Assembly (NCBI RefSeq): GCF_009914755.1
Contig: NC_060941.1
DNA from: the human T2T-CHM13v2.0 reference genome, Homo sapiens
DNA length: 64,000 bases
Direction: 5' to 3' (one strand)
Shown: positions 26,101-41,100 of the stretch, piece by piece
Layout: every line of letters starts with the position of its first letter
Position numbering within the stretch: position 1 is the first letter of the stretch
Notes under the pieces: generated by a model
What the model saw: the letters and a program-made list of their open reading frames with translations, nothing else
The model's database searches: none
Told to the model about the DNA's origin: nothing
Made by a program: the position numbers and the translations under genes

Positions 26101-29100
26101 GTTGGAAACGGAATCATCTTCACATAAAAACTATACAGATGCATTCTCAGGAACTTTTTGGTGATGTTTGTATTCAACTCCCAGAGTTGAACTTTCCTTT
26201 GGAAAGAGCAGCTATGAAACACTCTTTTTCTAGAATCTGCAAGTGGACGTTTGGAGGGCTTTGTGGTTTGTGGTGGAAAAGGAAATATCTTCACCTAAAT
26301 ACTAGATAGAAGCATTCTCAGAAACTGCTTTGTGATGATTGCATTCACCTCACAGAGTTGAACATTCCTATTGATAGAGCAGTTTGGAAACACTCTTGTT
26401 GTGGAATGTGCAAGTGGAGATTTGGAGCGCTTTGAGGCCTATGGTAGTAAAGGGAATAGCTTCATAGAAAAACTAGACAGAAGCATTCTCAGAAAATACT
26501 TTGTGATGATTGAGTTTAACTCACAGAGCTGAACATTCCTTTGGATGGAGCAGGTTTGAGACACACCTTTTGTAGAATCTACAAGTGGATATTTGGACCT
26601 CTCTGAGGATTTCGTTGGAAACGGGATAACTGCACCTAACTAAACGGAAGCATTCTCAGAAACTTCTTGGTGATGTTTGCATTCAAATCCCAGAGTTGAA
26701 CCTTCCTTTGATAGTTCAGGTTTGAAACACTCTTTTTGTAGGATCTGCAAGTGGATATTTGGACCACTCTGTGGCCTTCGTTCGAAACGGGTATATCTTC
26801 GCATAAAATCTAGACAGAAGCCTTCTCAGAAACTTCTCTGTGATGATTGCATTCAACTCACAGAGTTGAACCCTCCTATGGATAGAGCAGTGTTGAAACT
26901 CTCTTTTTGTGGAATCTGCAAGTGGATACGTGGACCTCTCCGAAGATGTCTTTGGAAACGGGAATATCTTCACATAAAAACTAAACAGAAGCATTCTCAG
27001 AAACTTCTCTGTGATGTTTGTGTTCAACTCCCAGAGTTTCACATTGCTTTTCATAGAGTAGTTCTGAAACATGCTTTTCGTAGTGTCTACAAGTGGACAT
27101 TTGGAGCGCTTTCAGGCCTGTGGTGGAAAACGAATTATGGTCACATAAAAACTGGAGAGAAGCATTGTCAGAAACTTCTTTGTGATGATTGCATTCAACT
27201 CACAGAGTTGAAGGTTCCTTTTCAAAGAGCAGTTTCCAATCACTCTTTCTGTGGAATCTGCAAGTGGATATTTGGACCTATTTTGAAGATTTCGTTGGAA
27301 ACGGGAGAATCTTCACAGGAAAGCTAAACAGAAGCATTCTCAGAAACTTCTTTGTGATGCTTGCATTCAACTCACAGAGTTGAACTTTCCTTTCGAGAGA
27401 GAAGCTTTGAAACACTCTTTTTCCAGAATCTGCAAGTGGACATTTGGAGGGCTTTGAGGCCTGTGGTGGAAAAGGAATTATCTTCCCGTAAAAGCTAGAT
27501 AGAAGCATTCTCAGAAACTACTTTGTGATGATTGCATTCAAGTCACAGAGTTGAACATTCCCTTTGACAGAGCAGTTTGGAAACTCTCTTTGTGTAGAAT
27601 CTGCAAGTGGAGATATGGACCGCTTTGAGGCCTATGGTAGTAAAGGAAATAGCTTCATATAAAAGCTAGACAGTAGCATTCACAGAAAACTCTTGGTGAC
27701 GACTGAGTTTAACTCACAGAGCTGAACATTCCTTTGGATGGAGCAGTTTCGAAACACACTATTTGTAGAATGTGCAAGTGGATATTTAGGCCTCTCTGAG
27801 GATTTCGTTGGAAACGGGATAAACCGCACAGAACTAAACAGAAGCATTCTCAGAACCTTCTTCGTGATGTTTGCATTCAACTCACAGTGTTGAACCTTTC
27901 TTTGATAGTTCAGGTTTGAAACGGTCTTTCTGTAGAAACTGCAAGTAGATATTTGGACCTCTCTGAGGATTTCGTTGGAAACGGGATAACCCGCACAGAA
28001 CTAAAACAGAAGCATTCTCAGAACCCTCTTCCTGATGTTTGCATTCAACTCACAGTGCTGAACCTTTCTTTGATAGTTCAGCTTTGAAACACTCTTTTTG
28101 TAGAAACTGCAAGTGGATATTTGGTCCTCTCTGAGCATTTCGTTGGAAACGGGATAAACTGCACAGAACTAAACAGAAGCATTCTCAGAACCTTCTTCGT
28201 GATGTCTGCATTCAACTCACAGTGTGGAACCTTTCTTTGATAGTTCAGGTTTGAAACACTCTTTTTGTAGAAACTGCAAGGGGATAATTGCACTCTTTGA
28301 GGAGTACCGTAGTAAAGGAAATAACTTCCTATAAAAAGAAGACAGAAGCTTTCTCAGAAAATTCTTTGGGATGATTGAGTTGAACTCACAGAGCTGAGCA
28401 TTCCTTGCGATGTAGCAGTTTAGAAACACACTTTCTGCAGAATCTGCAAGTGCATATTTGGACCTCTGTGAGGAATTCGTTGGAAACGGGATAATTTCAG
28501 CTGACTAAACAGAAGCAGTCTCAGAATCTTCTTTGTGATGTTTGCATTCAAATCCCCGAGTTGAACTTTCCTTTCAAAGTTCACGTTTGAAACACTCTTT
28601 TTGCAGGATCTACAAGTGGATATTTGGACCACTCTGTGTCCTTCGTTCGAAACGGGTATATCTTCACATGACATCTAGACAGAAGCATCCTCAGAAGCTT
28701 CTCTGTGATGACTGCATTCAACTCACGGAGTTGAACACTCCTTTTGAGAGCGCAGTTTTGAAACTCTCTTTCTGTGGCATCTGCAAGGGGACATGTAGAC
28801 CTCTTTGAAGATTTCGTTGGAAACGGAATCATCTTCACATAAAAACTATACAGATGCATTCTCAGGAACTTTTTGGTGATGTTTGTATTCAACTCCCAGA
28901 GTTGAACTTTCCTTTGGAAAGAGCAGCTATGAAACACTCTTTTTCTAGAATCTGCAAGTGGACGTTTGGAGGGCTTTGTGGTTTGTGGTGGAAAAGGAAA
29001 TATCTTCACCTAAATACTAGATAGAAGCATTCTCAGAAACTGCTTTGTGATGATTGCATTCACCTCACAGAGTTGAACATTCCTATTGATAGAGCAGTTT

Positions 29101-32100
29101 GGAAACACTCTTGTTGTGGAATGTGCAAGTGGAGATTTGGAGCGCTTTGAGGCCTATGGTAGTAAAGGGAATAGCTTCATAGAAAAACTAGACAGAAGCA
29201 TTCTCAGAAAATACTTTGTGATGATTGAGTTTAACTCACAGAGCTGAACATTCCTTTGGATGGAGCAGGTTTGAGACACACCTTTTGTAGAATCTACAAG
29301 TGGATATTTGGACCTCTCTGAGGATTTCGTTGGAAACGGGATAACTGCACCTAACTAAACGGAAGCATTCTCAGAAACTTCTTGGTGATGTTTGCATTCA
29401 AATCCCAGAGTTGAACCTTCCTTTGATAGTTCAGGTTTGAAACACTCTTTTTGTAGGATCTGCAAGTGGATATTTGGACCACTCTGTGGCCTTCGTTCGA
29501 AACGGGTATATCTTCGCATAAAATCTAGACAGAAGCCTTCTCAGAAACTTCTCTGTGATGATTGCATTCAACTCACAGAGTTGAACCCTCCTATGGATAG
29601 AGCAGTGTTGAAACTCTCTTTTTGTGGAATCTGCAAGTGGATACGTGGACCTCTCCGAAGATGTCTTTGGAAACGGGAATATCTTCACATAAAAACTAAA
29701 CAGAAGCATTCTCAGAAACTTCTCTGTGATGTTTGTGTTCAACTCCCAGAGTTTCACATTGCTTTTCATAGAGTAGTTCTGAAACATGCTTTTCGTAGTG
29801 TCTACAAGTGGACATTTGGAGCGCTTTCAGGCCTGTGGTGGAAAACGAATTATGGTCACATAAAAACTGGAGAGAAGCATTGTCAGAAACTTCTTTGTGA
29901 TGATTGCATTCAACTCACAGAGTTGAAGGTTCCTTTTCAAAGAGCAGTTTCCAATCACTCTTTGTGTGGAATCTGCAAGTGGATATTTGGACCTATTTTG
30001 AAGATTTCGTTGGAAACGGGAGAATCTTCACAGGAAAGCTAAACAGAAGCATTCTCAGAAACTTCTTTGTGATGCTTGCATTCAACTCACAGAGTTGAAC
30101 TTTCCTTTCGAGAGAGAAGCTTTGAAACACTCTTTTTCCAGAATCTGCAAGTGGACATTTGGAGGGCTTTGAGGCCTGTGGTGGAAAAGGAATTATCTTC
30201 CCGTAAAAGCTAGATAGAAGCATTCTCAGAAACTACTTTGTGATGATTGCATTCAAGTCACAGAGTTGAACATTCCCTTTGACAGAGCAGTTTGGAAACT
30301 CTCTTTGTGTAGAATCTGCAAGTGGAGATATGGACCGCTTTGAGGCCTATGGTAGTAAAGGAAATAGCTTCATATAAAAGCTAGACAGTAGCATTCACAG
30401 AAAACTCTTGGTGACGACTGAGTTTAACTCACAGAGCTGAACATTCCTTTGGATGGAGCAGTTTCGAAACACACTATTTGTAGAATGTGCAAGTGGATAT
30501 TTAGGCCTCTCTGAGGATTTCGTTGGAAACGGGTTAAACCGCACAGAACTAAACAGAAGCATTCTCAGAACCTTCTTCGTGATGTTTGCATTCAACTCAC
30601 AGTGTTGAACCTTTCTTTGATAGTTCAGGTTTGAAACGGTCTTTCTGCAGAAACTGCAAGTAGATATTTGGACCGCTCTGAGGATTTCGTTGGAAACGGG
30701 ATAACCCGCACAGAACTAAAACAGAAGCCTTCTCAGAACCCTCTTCGTGATGTTTGCATTCAACTCACAGTGCTGAACCTTTCTTTGATAGTTCAGCTTT
30801 GAAACACTCTTTTTGTAGAAACTGCAAGTGGATATTTGGTCCTCTCTGAGCATTTCGTTGGAAACGGGATAAACTGCACAGAACTAAACAGAAGCATTCT
30901 CAGAACCTTCTTCGTGATGTCTGCATTCAACTCACAGTGTGGAACCTTTCTTTGATAGTTCAGGTTTGAAACACTCTTTTTGTAGAAACTGCAAGGGGAT
31001 AATTGCACTCTTTGAGGAGTACCGTAGTAAAGGAAATAACTTCCTATAAAAAGAAGACAGAAGCTTTCTCAGAAAATTCTTTGGGATGATTGAGTTGAAC
31101 TCACAGAGCTGAGCATTCCTTGCGATGTAGCAGTTTAGAAACACACTTTCTGCAGAATCTGCAAGTGCATATTTGGACCTCTGTGAGGAATTCGTTGGAA
31201 ACGGGATAATTTCAGCTGACTAAACAGAAGCAGTCTCAGAATCTTCTTTGTGATGTTTGCATTCAAATCCCCGAGTTGAACTTTCCTTTCAAAGTTCACG
31301 TTTGAAACACTCTTTTTGCAGGATCTACAAGTGGATATTTGGACCACTCTGTGTCCTTCGTTCGAAACGGGTATATCTTCACATGACATCTAGACAGAAG
31401 CATCCTCAGAAGCTTCTCTGTGATGACTGCATTCAACTCACGGAGTTGAACACTCCTTTTGAGAGCGCAGTTTTGAAACTCTCTTTCTGTGGCATCTGCA
31501 AGGGGACATGTAGACCTCTTTGAAGATTTCGTTGGAAACGGAATCATCTTCACATAAAAACTATACAGATGCATTCTCAGGAACTTTTTGGTGATGTTTG
31601 TATTCAACTCCCAGAGTTGAACTTTCCTTTGGAAAGAGCAGCTATGAAACACTCTTTTTCTAGAATCTGCAAGTGGACGTTTGGAGGGCTTTGTGGTTTG
31701 TGGTGGAAAAGGAAATATCTTCACCTAAATACTAGATAGAAGCATTCTCAGAAACTGCTTTGTGATGATTGCATTCACCTCACAGAGTTGAACATTCCTA
31801 TTGATAGAGCAGTTTGGAAACACTCTTGTTGTGGAATGTGCAAGTGGAGATTTGGAGCGCTTTGAGGCCTATGGTAGTAAAGGGAATAGCTTCATAGAAA
31901 AACTAGACAGAAGCATTCTCAGAAAATACTTTGTGATGATTGAGTTTAACTCACAGAGCTGAACATTCCTTTGGATGGAGCAGGTTTGAGACACACTTTT
32001 TGTAGAATCTACAAGTGGATATTTGGACCTCTCTGAGGATTTCGTTGGAAACGGGATAACTGCACCTAACTAAACGGAAGCATTCTCAGAAACTTCTTGG

Positions 32101-35100
32101 TGATGTTTGCATTCAAATCCCAGAGTTGAACCTTCCTTTGATAGTTCAGGTTTGAAACACTCTTTTTGTAGGATCTGCAAGTGGATATTTGGACCACTCT
32201 GTGGCCTTCGTTCGAAACGGGTATATCTTCGCATAAAATCTAGACAGAAGCCTTCTCAGAAACTTCTCTGTGATGATTGCATTCAACTCACAGAGTTGAA
32301 CCCTCCTATGGATAGAGCAGTGTTGAAACTCTCTTTTTGTGGAATCTGCAAGTGGATATGTGGACCTCTCCGAAGATGTCTTTGGAAACGGGAATATCTT
32401 CACATAAAAACTAAACAGAAGCATTCTCAGAAACTTCTCTGTGATGTTTGTGTTCAACTCCCAGAGTTTCACATTGCTTTTCATAGAGTAGTTCTGAAAC
32501 ATGCTTTTCGTAGTGTCTACAAGTGGACATTTGGAGCGCTTTCAGGCCTGTGGTGGAAAACGAATTATGGTCACATAAAAACTGGAGAGAAGCATTGTCA
32601 GAAACTTCTTTGTGATGATTGCATTCAACTCACAGAGTTGAAGGTTCCTTTTCAAAGAGCAGTTTCCAATCACTCTTTCTGTGGAATCTGCAAGTGGATA
32701 TTTGGACCTATTTTGAAGATTTCGTTGGAAACGGGAGAATCTTCACAGGAAAGCTAAACAGAAGCATTCTCAGAAACTTCTTTGTGATGCTTGCATTCAA
32801 CTCACAGAGTTGAACTTTCCTTTCGAGAGAGAAGCTTTGAAACACTCTTTTTCCAGAATCTGCAAGTGGACATTTGGAGGGCTTTGAGGCCTGTGGTGGA
32901 AAAGGAATTATCTTCCCGTAAAAGCTAGATAGAAGCATTCTCAGAAACTACTTTGTGATGATTGCATTCAAGTCACAGAGTTGAACATTCCCTTTGACAG
33001 AGCAGTTTGGAAACTCTCTTTGTGTAGAATCTGCAAGTGGAGATATGGACCGCTTTGAGGCCTATGGTAGTAAAGGAAATAGCTTCATATAAAAGCTAGA
33101 CAGTAGCATTCACAGAAAACTCTTGGTGACGACTGAGTTTAACTCACAGAGCTGAACATTCCTTTGGATGGAGCAGTTTCGAAACACACTATTTGTAGAA
33201 TGTGCAAGTGGATATTTAGGCCTCTCTGAGGATTTCGTTGGAAACGGGTTAAACCGCACAGAACTAAACAGAAGCATTCTCAGAACCTTCTTCGTGATGT
33301 TTGCATTCAACTCACAGTGTTGAACCTTTCTTTGATAGTTCAGGTTTGAAACGGTCTTTCTGCAGAAACTGCAAGTAGATATTTGGACCGCTCTGAGGAT
33401 TTCGTTGGAAACGGGATAACCCGCACAGAACTAAAACAGAAGCCTTCTCAGAACCCTCTTCGTGATGTTTGCATTCAACTCACAGTGCTGAACCTTTCTT
33501 TGATAGTTCAGCTTTGAAACACTCTTTTTGTAGAAACTGCAAGTGGATATTTGGTCCTCTCTGAGCATTTCGTTGGAAACGGGATAAACTGCACAGAACT
33601 AAACAGAAGCATTCTCAGAACCTTCTTCGTGATGTCTGCATTCAACTCACAGTGTGGAACCTTTCTTTGATAGTTCAGGTTTGAAACACTCTTTTTGTAG
33701 AAACTGCAAGGGGATAATTGCACTCTTTGAGGAGTACCGTAGTAAAGGAAATAACTTCCTATAAAAAGAAGACAGAAGCTTTCTCAGAAAATTCTTTGGG
33801 ATGATTGAGTTGAACTCACAGAGCTGAGCATTCCTTGCGATGTAGCAGTTTAGAAACACACTTTCTGCAGAATCTGCAAGTGCATATTTGGACCTCTGTG
33901 AGGAATTCGTTGGAAACGGGATAATTTCAGCTGACTAAACAGAAGCAGTCTCAGAATCTTCTTTGTGATGTTTGCATTCAAATCCCCGAGTTGAACTTTC
34001 CTTTCAAAGTTCACGTTTGAAACACTCTTTTTGCAGGATCTACAAGTGGATATTTGGACCACTCTGTGTCCTTCGTTCGAAACGGGTATATCTTCACATG
34101 ACATCTAGACAGAAGCATCCTCAGAAGCTTCTCTGTGATGACTGCATTCAACTCACGGAGTTGAACACTCCTTTTGAGAGCGCAGTTTTGAAACTCTCTT
34201 TCTGTGGCATCTGCAAGGGGACATGTAGACCTCTTTGAAGATTTCGTTGGAAACGGAATCATCTTCACATAAAAACTATACAGATGCATTCTCAGGAACT
34301 TTTTGGTGATGTTTGTATTCAACTCCCAGAGTTGAACTTTCCTTTGGAAAGAGCAGCTATGAAACACTGTTTTTCTAGAATCTGCAAGTGGACGTTTGGA
34401 GGGCTTTGTGGTTTGTGGTGGAAAAGGAAATATCTTCACCTAAATACTAGATAGAAGCATTCTCAGAAACTGCTTTGTGATGATTGCATTCACCTCACAG
34501 AGTTGAACATTCCTATTGATAGAGCAGTTTGGAAACACTCTTGTTGTGGAATGTGCAAGTGGAGATTTGGAGCGCTTTGAGGCCTATGGTAGTAAAGGGA
34601 ATAGCTTCATAGAAAAACTAGACAGAAGCATTCTCAGAAAATACTTTGTGATGATTGAGTTTAACTCACAGAGCTGAACATTCCTTTGGATGGAGCAGGT
34701 TTGAGACACACCTTTTGTAGAATCTACAAGTGGATATTTGGACCTCTCTGAGGATTTCGTTGGAAACGGGATAACTGCACCTAACTAAACGGAAGCATTC
34801 TCAGAAACTTCTTGGTGATGTTTGCATTCAAATCCCAGAGTTGAACCTTCCTTTGATAGTTCAGGTTTGAAACACTCTTTTTGTAGGATCTGCAAGTGGA
34901 TATTTGGACCACTCTGTGGCCTTCGTTCGAAACGGGTATATCTTCGCATAAAATCTAGACAGAAGCCTTCTCAGAAACTTCTCTGTGATGATTGCATTCA
35001 ACTCACAGAGTTGAACCCTCCTATGGATAGAGCAGTGTTGAAACTCTCTTTTTGTGGAATCTGCAAGTGGATATGTGGACCTCTCCGAAGATGTCTTTGG

Positions 35101-38100
35101 AAACGGGAATATCTTCACATAAAAACTAAACAGAAGCATTCTCAGAAACTTCTCTGTGATGTTTGTGTTCAACTCCCAGAGTTTCACATTGCTTTTCATA
35201 GAGTAGTTCTGAAACATGCTTTTCGTAGTGTCTACAAGTGGACATTTGGAGCGCTTTCAGGCCTGTGGTGGAAAACGAATTATGGTCACATAAAAACTGG
35301 AGAGAAGCATTGTCAGAAACTTCTTTGTGATGATTGCATTCAACTCACAGAGTTGAAGGTTCCTTTTCAAAGAGCAGTTTCCAATCACTCTTTGTGTGGA
35401 ATCTGCAAGTGGATATTTGGACCTATTTTGAAGATTTCGTTGGAAACGGGAGAATCTTCACAGGAAAGCTAAACAGAAGCATTCTCAGAAACTTCTTTGT
35501 GATGCTTGCATTCAACTCACAGAGTTGAACTTTCCTTTCGAGAGAGAAGCTTTGAAACACTCTTTTTCCAGAATCTGCAAGTGGACATTTGGAGGGCTTT
35601 GAGGCCTGTGGTGGAAAAGGAATTATCTTCCCGTAAAAGCTAGATAGAAGCATTCTCAGAAACTACTTTGTGATGATTGCATTCAAGTCACAGAGTTGAA
35701 CATTCCCTTTGACAGAGCAGTTTGGAAACTCTCTTTGTGTAGAATCTGCAAGTGGAGATATGGACCGCTTTGAGGCCTATGGTAGTAAAGGAAATAGCTT
35801 CATATAAAAGCTAGACAGTAGCATTCACAGAAAACTCTTGGTGACGACTGAGTTTAACTCACAGAGCTGAACATTCCTTTGGATGGAGCAGTTTCGAAAC
35901 ACACTATTTGTAGAATGTGCAAGTGGATATTTAGGCCTCTCTGAGGATTTCGTTGGAAACGGGTTAAACCGCACAGAACTAAACAGAAGCATTCTCAGAA
36001 CCTTCTTCGTGATGTTTGCATTCAACTCACAGTGTTGAACCTTTCTTTGATAGTTCAGGTTTGAAACGGTCTTTCTGCAGAAACTGCAAGTAGATATTTG
36101 GACCGCTCTGAGGATTTCGTTGGAAACGGGATAACCCGCACAGAACTAAAACAGAAGCCTTCTCAGAACCCTCTTCGTGATGTTTGCATTCAACTCACAG
36201 TGCTGAACCTTTCTTTGATAGTTCAGCTTTGAAACACTCTTTTTGTAGAAACTGCAAGTGGATATTTGGTCCTCTCTGAGCATTTCGTTGGAAACGGGAT
36301 AAACTGCACAGAACTAAACAGAAGCATTCTCAGAACCTTCTTCGTGATGTCTGCATTCAACTCACAGTGTGGAACCTTTCTTTGATAGTTCAGGTTTGAA
36401 ACACTCTTTTTGTAGAAACTGCAAGGGGATAATTGCACTCTTTGAGGAGTACCGTAGTAAAGGAAATAACTTCCTATAAAAAGAAGACAGAAGCTTTCTC
36501 AGAAAATTCTTTGGGATGATTGAGTTGAACTCACAGAGCTGAGCATTCCTTGCGATGTAGCAGTTTAGAAACACACTTTCTGCAGAATCTGCAAGTGCAT
36601 ATTTGGACCTCTGTGAGGAATTCGTTGGAAACGGGATAATTTCAGCTGACTAAACAGAAGCAGTCTCAGAATCTTCTTTGTGATGTTTGCATTCAAATCC
36701 CCGAGTTGAACTTTCCTTTCAAAGTTCACGTTTGAAACACTCTTTTTGCAGGATCTACAAGTGGATATTTGGACCACTCTGTGTCCTTCGTTCGAAACGG
36801 GTATATCTTCACATGACATCTAGACAGAAGCATCCTCAGAAGCTTCTCTGTGATGACTGCATTCAACTCACGGAGTTGAACACTCCTTTTGAGAGCGCAG
36901 TTTTGAAACTCTCTTTCTGTGGCATCTGCAAGGGGACATGTAGACCTCTTTGAAGATTTCGTTGGAAACGGAATCATCTTCACATAAAAACTATACAGAT
37001 GCATTCTCAGGAACTTTTTGGTGATGTTTGTATTCAACTCCCAGAGTTGAACTTTCCTTTGGAAAGAGCAGCTATGAAACACTGTTTTTCTAGAATCTGC
37101 AAGTGGACGTTTGGAGGGCTTTGTGGTTTGTGGTGGAAAAGGAAATATCTTCACCTAAATACTAGATAGAAGCATTCTCAGAAACTGCTTTGTGATGATT
37201 GCATTCACCTCACAGAGTTGAACATTCCTATTGATAGAGCAGTTTGGAAACACTCTTGTTGTGGAATGTGCAAGTGGAGATTTGGAGCGCTTTGAGGCCT
37301 ATGGTAGTAAAGGGAATAGCTTCATAGAAAAACTAGACAGAAGCATTCTCAGAAAATACTTTGTGATGATTGAGTTTAACTCACAGAGCTGAACATTCCT
37401 TTGGATGGAGCAGGTTTGAGACACACCTTTTGTAGAATCTACAAGTGGATATTTGGACCTCTCTGAGGATTTCGTTGGAAACGGGATAACTGCACCTAAC
37501 TAAACGGAAGCATTCTCAGAAACTTCTTGGTGATGTTTGCATTCAAATCCCAGAGTTGAACCTTCCTTTGATAGTTCAGGTTTGAAACACTCTTTTTGTA
37601 GGATCTGCAAGTGGATATTTGGACCACTCTGTGGCCTTCGTTCGAAACGGGTATATCTTCGCATAAAATCTAGACAGAAGCCTTCTCAGAAACTTCTCTG
37701 TGATGATTGCATTCAACTCACAGAGTTGAACCCTCCTATGGATAGAGCAGTGTTGAAACTCTCTTTTTGTGGAATCTGCAAGTGGATATGTGGACCTCTC
37801 CGAAGATGTCTTTGGAAACGGGAATATCTTCACATAAAAACTAAACAGAAGCATTCTCAGAAACTTCTCTGTGATGTTTGTGTTCAACTCCCAGAGTTTC
37901 ACATTGCTTTTCATAGAGTAGTTCTGAAACATGCTTTTCGTAGTGTCTACAAGTGGACATTTGGAGCGCTTTCAGGCCTGTGGTGGAAAACGAATTATGG
38001 TCACATAAAAACTGGAGAGAAGCATTGTCAGAAACTTCTTTGTGATGATTGCATTCAACTCACAGAGTTGAAGGTTCCTTTTCAAAGAGCAGTTTCCAAT

Positions 38101-41100
38101 CACTCTTTGTGTGGAATCTGCAAGTGGATATTCGGACCTATTTTGAAGATTTCGTTGGAAACGGGAGAATCTTCACAGGAAAGCTAAACAGAAGCATTCT
38201 CAGAAACTTCTTTGTGATGCTTGCATTCAACTCACAGAGTTGAACTTTCCTTTCGAGAGAGAAGCTTTGAAACACTCTTTTTCCAGAATCTGCAAGTGGA
38301 CATTTGGAGGGCTTTGAGGCCTGTGGTGGAAAAGGAATTATCTTCCCGTAAAAGCTAGATAGAAGCATTCTCAGAAACTACTTTGTGATGATTGCATTCA
38401 AGTCACAGAGTTGAACATTCCCTTTGACAGAGCAGTTTGGAAACTCTCTTTGTGTAGAATCTGCAAGTGGAGATATGGACCGCTTTGAGGCCTATGGTAG
38501 TAAAGGAAATAGCTTCATATAAAAGCTAGACAGTAGCATTCACAGAAAACTCTTGGTGACGACTGAGTTTAACTCACAGAGCTGAACATTCCTTTGGATG
38601 GAGCAGTTTCGAAACACACTATTTGTAGAATGTGCAAGTGGATATTGGGGCCTCTCTGAGGATTTCGTTGGAAACGGGATAAACCGCACAGAACTAAACA
38701 GAAGCATTCTCAGAACCTTCTTCGTGATGTTTGCATTCAACTCACAGTGTTGAACCTTTCTTTGATAGTTCAGGTTTGAAACGGTCTTTCTGTAGAAACT
38801 GCAAGTAGATATTTGGACCTCTCTGAGGATTTCGTTGGAAACGGGATAACCCGCACAGAACTAAAACAGAAGCATTCTCAGAACCCTCTTCGTGATGTTT
38901 GCATTCAACTCACAGTGCTGAACCTTTCTTTGATAGTTCAGCTTTGAAACACTCTTTTTGTAGAAACTGCAAGTGGATATTTGGTCCTCTCTGAGCATTT
39001 CGTTGGAAACGGGATAAACTGCACAGAACTAAACAGAAGCATTCTCAGAACCTTCTTCGTGATGTCTGCATTCAACTCACAGTGTGGAACCTTTCTTTGA
39101 TAGTTCAGGTTTGAAACACTCTTTTTGTAGAAACTGCAAGGGGATAATTGCACTCTTTGAGGAGTACCGTAGTAAAGGAAATAACTTCCTATAAAAAGAA
39201 GACAGAAGCTTTCTCAGAAAATTCTTTGGGATGATTGAGTTGAACTCACAGAGCTGAGCATTCCTTGCGATGTAGCAGTTTAGAAACACACTTTCTGCAG
39301 AATCTGCAAGTGCATATTTGGACCTCTGTGAGGAATTCGTTGGAAACGGGATAATTTCAGCTGACTAAACAGAAGCAGTCTCAGAATCTTCTTTGTGATG
39401 TTTGCATTCAAATCCCCGAGTTGAACTTTCCTTTCAAAGTTCACGTTTGAAACACTCTTTTTGCAGGATCTACAAGTGGATATTTGGACCACTCTGTGTC
39501 CTTCGTTCGAAACGGGTATATCTTCACATGACATCTAGACAGAAGCATCCTCAGAAGCTTCTCTGTGATGACTGCATTCAACTCACGGAGTTGAACACTC
39601 CTTTTGAGAGCGCAGTTTTGAAACTCTCTTTCTGTGGCATCTGCAAGGGGACATGTAGACCTCTTTGAAGATTTCGTTGGAAACGGAATCATCTTCACAT
39701 AAAAACTATACAGATGCATTCTCAGGAACTTTTTGGTGATGTTTGTATTCAACTCCCAGAGTTGAACTTTCCTTTGGAAAGAGCAGCTATGAAACACTGT
39801 TTTTCTAGAATCTGCAAGTGGACGTTTGGAGGGCTTTGTGGTTTGTGGTGGAAAAGGAAATATCTTCACCTAAATACTAGATAGAAGCATTCTCAGAAAC
39901 TGCTTTGTGATGATTGCATTCACCTCACAGAGTTGAACATTCCTATTGATAGAGCAGTTTGGAAACACTCTTGTTGTGGAATGTGCAAGTGGAGATTTGG
40001 AGCGCTTTGAGGCCTATGGTAGTAAAGGGAATAGCTTCATAGAAAAACTAGACAGAAGCATTCTCAGAAAATACTTTGTGATGATTGAGTTTAACTCACA
40101 GAGCTGAACATTCCTTTGGATGGAGCAGGTTTGAGACACACCTTTTGTAGAATCTACAAGTGGATATTTGGACCTCTCTGAGGATTTCGTTGGAAACGGG
40201 ATAACTGCACCTAACTAAACGGAAGCATTCTCAGAAACTTCTTGGTGATGTTTGCATTCAAATCCCAGAGTTGAACCTTCCTTTGATAGTTCAGGTTTGA
40301 AACACTCTTTTTGTAGGATCTGCAAGTGGATATTTGGACCACTCTGTGGCCTTCGTTCGAAACGGGTATATCTTCGCATAAAATCTAGACAGAAGCCTTC
40401 TCAGAAACTTCTCTGTGATGATTGCATTCAACTCACAGAGTTGAACCCTCCTATGGATAGAGCAGTGTTGAAACTCTCTTTTTGTGGAATCTGCAAGTGG
40501 ATATGTGGACCTCTCCGAAGATGTCTTTGGAAACGGGAATATCTTCACATAAAAACTAAACAGAAGCATTCTCAGAAACTTCTCTGTGATGTTTGTGTTC
40601 AACTCCCAGAGTTTCACATTGCTTTTCATAGAGTAGTTCTGAAACATGCTTTTCGTAGTGTCTACAAGTGGACATTTGGAGCGCTTTCAGGCCTGTGGTG
40701 GAAAACGAATTATGGTCACATAAAAACTGGAGAGAAGCATTGTCAGAAACTTCTTTGTGATGATTGCATTCAACTCACAGAGTTGAAGGTTCCTTTTCAA
40801 AGAGCAGTTTCCAATCACTCTTTGTGTGGAATCTGCAAGTGGATATTTGGACCTATTTTGAAGATTTCGTTGGAAACGGGAGAATCTTCACAGGAAAGCT
40901 AAACAGAAGCATTCTCAGAAACTTCTTTGTGATGCTTGCATTCAACTCACAGAGTTGAACTTTCCTTTCGAGAGAGAAGCTTTGAAACACTCTTTTTCCA
41001 GAATCTGCAAGTGGACATTTGGAGGGCTTTGAGGCCTGTGGTGGAAAAGGAATTATCTTCCCGTAAAAGCTAGATAGAAGCATTCTCAGAAACTACTTTG

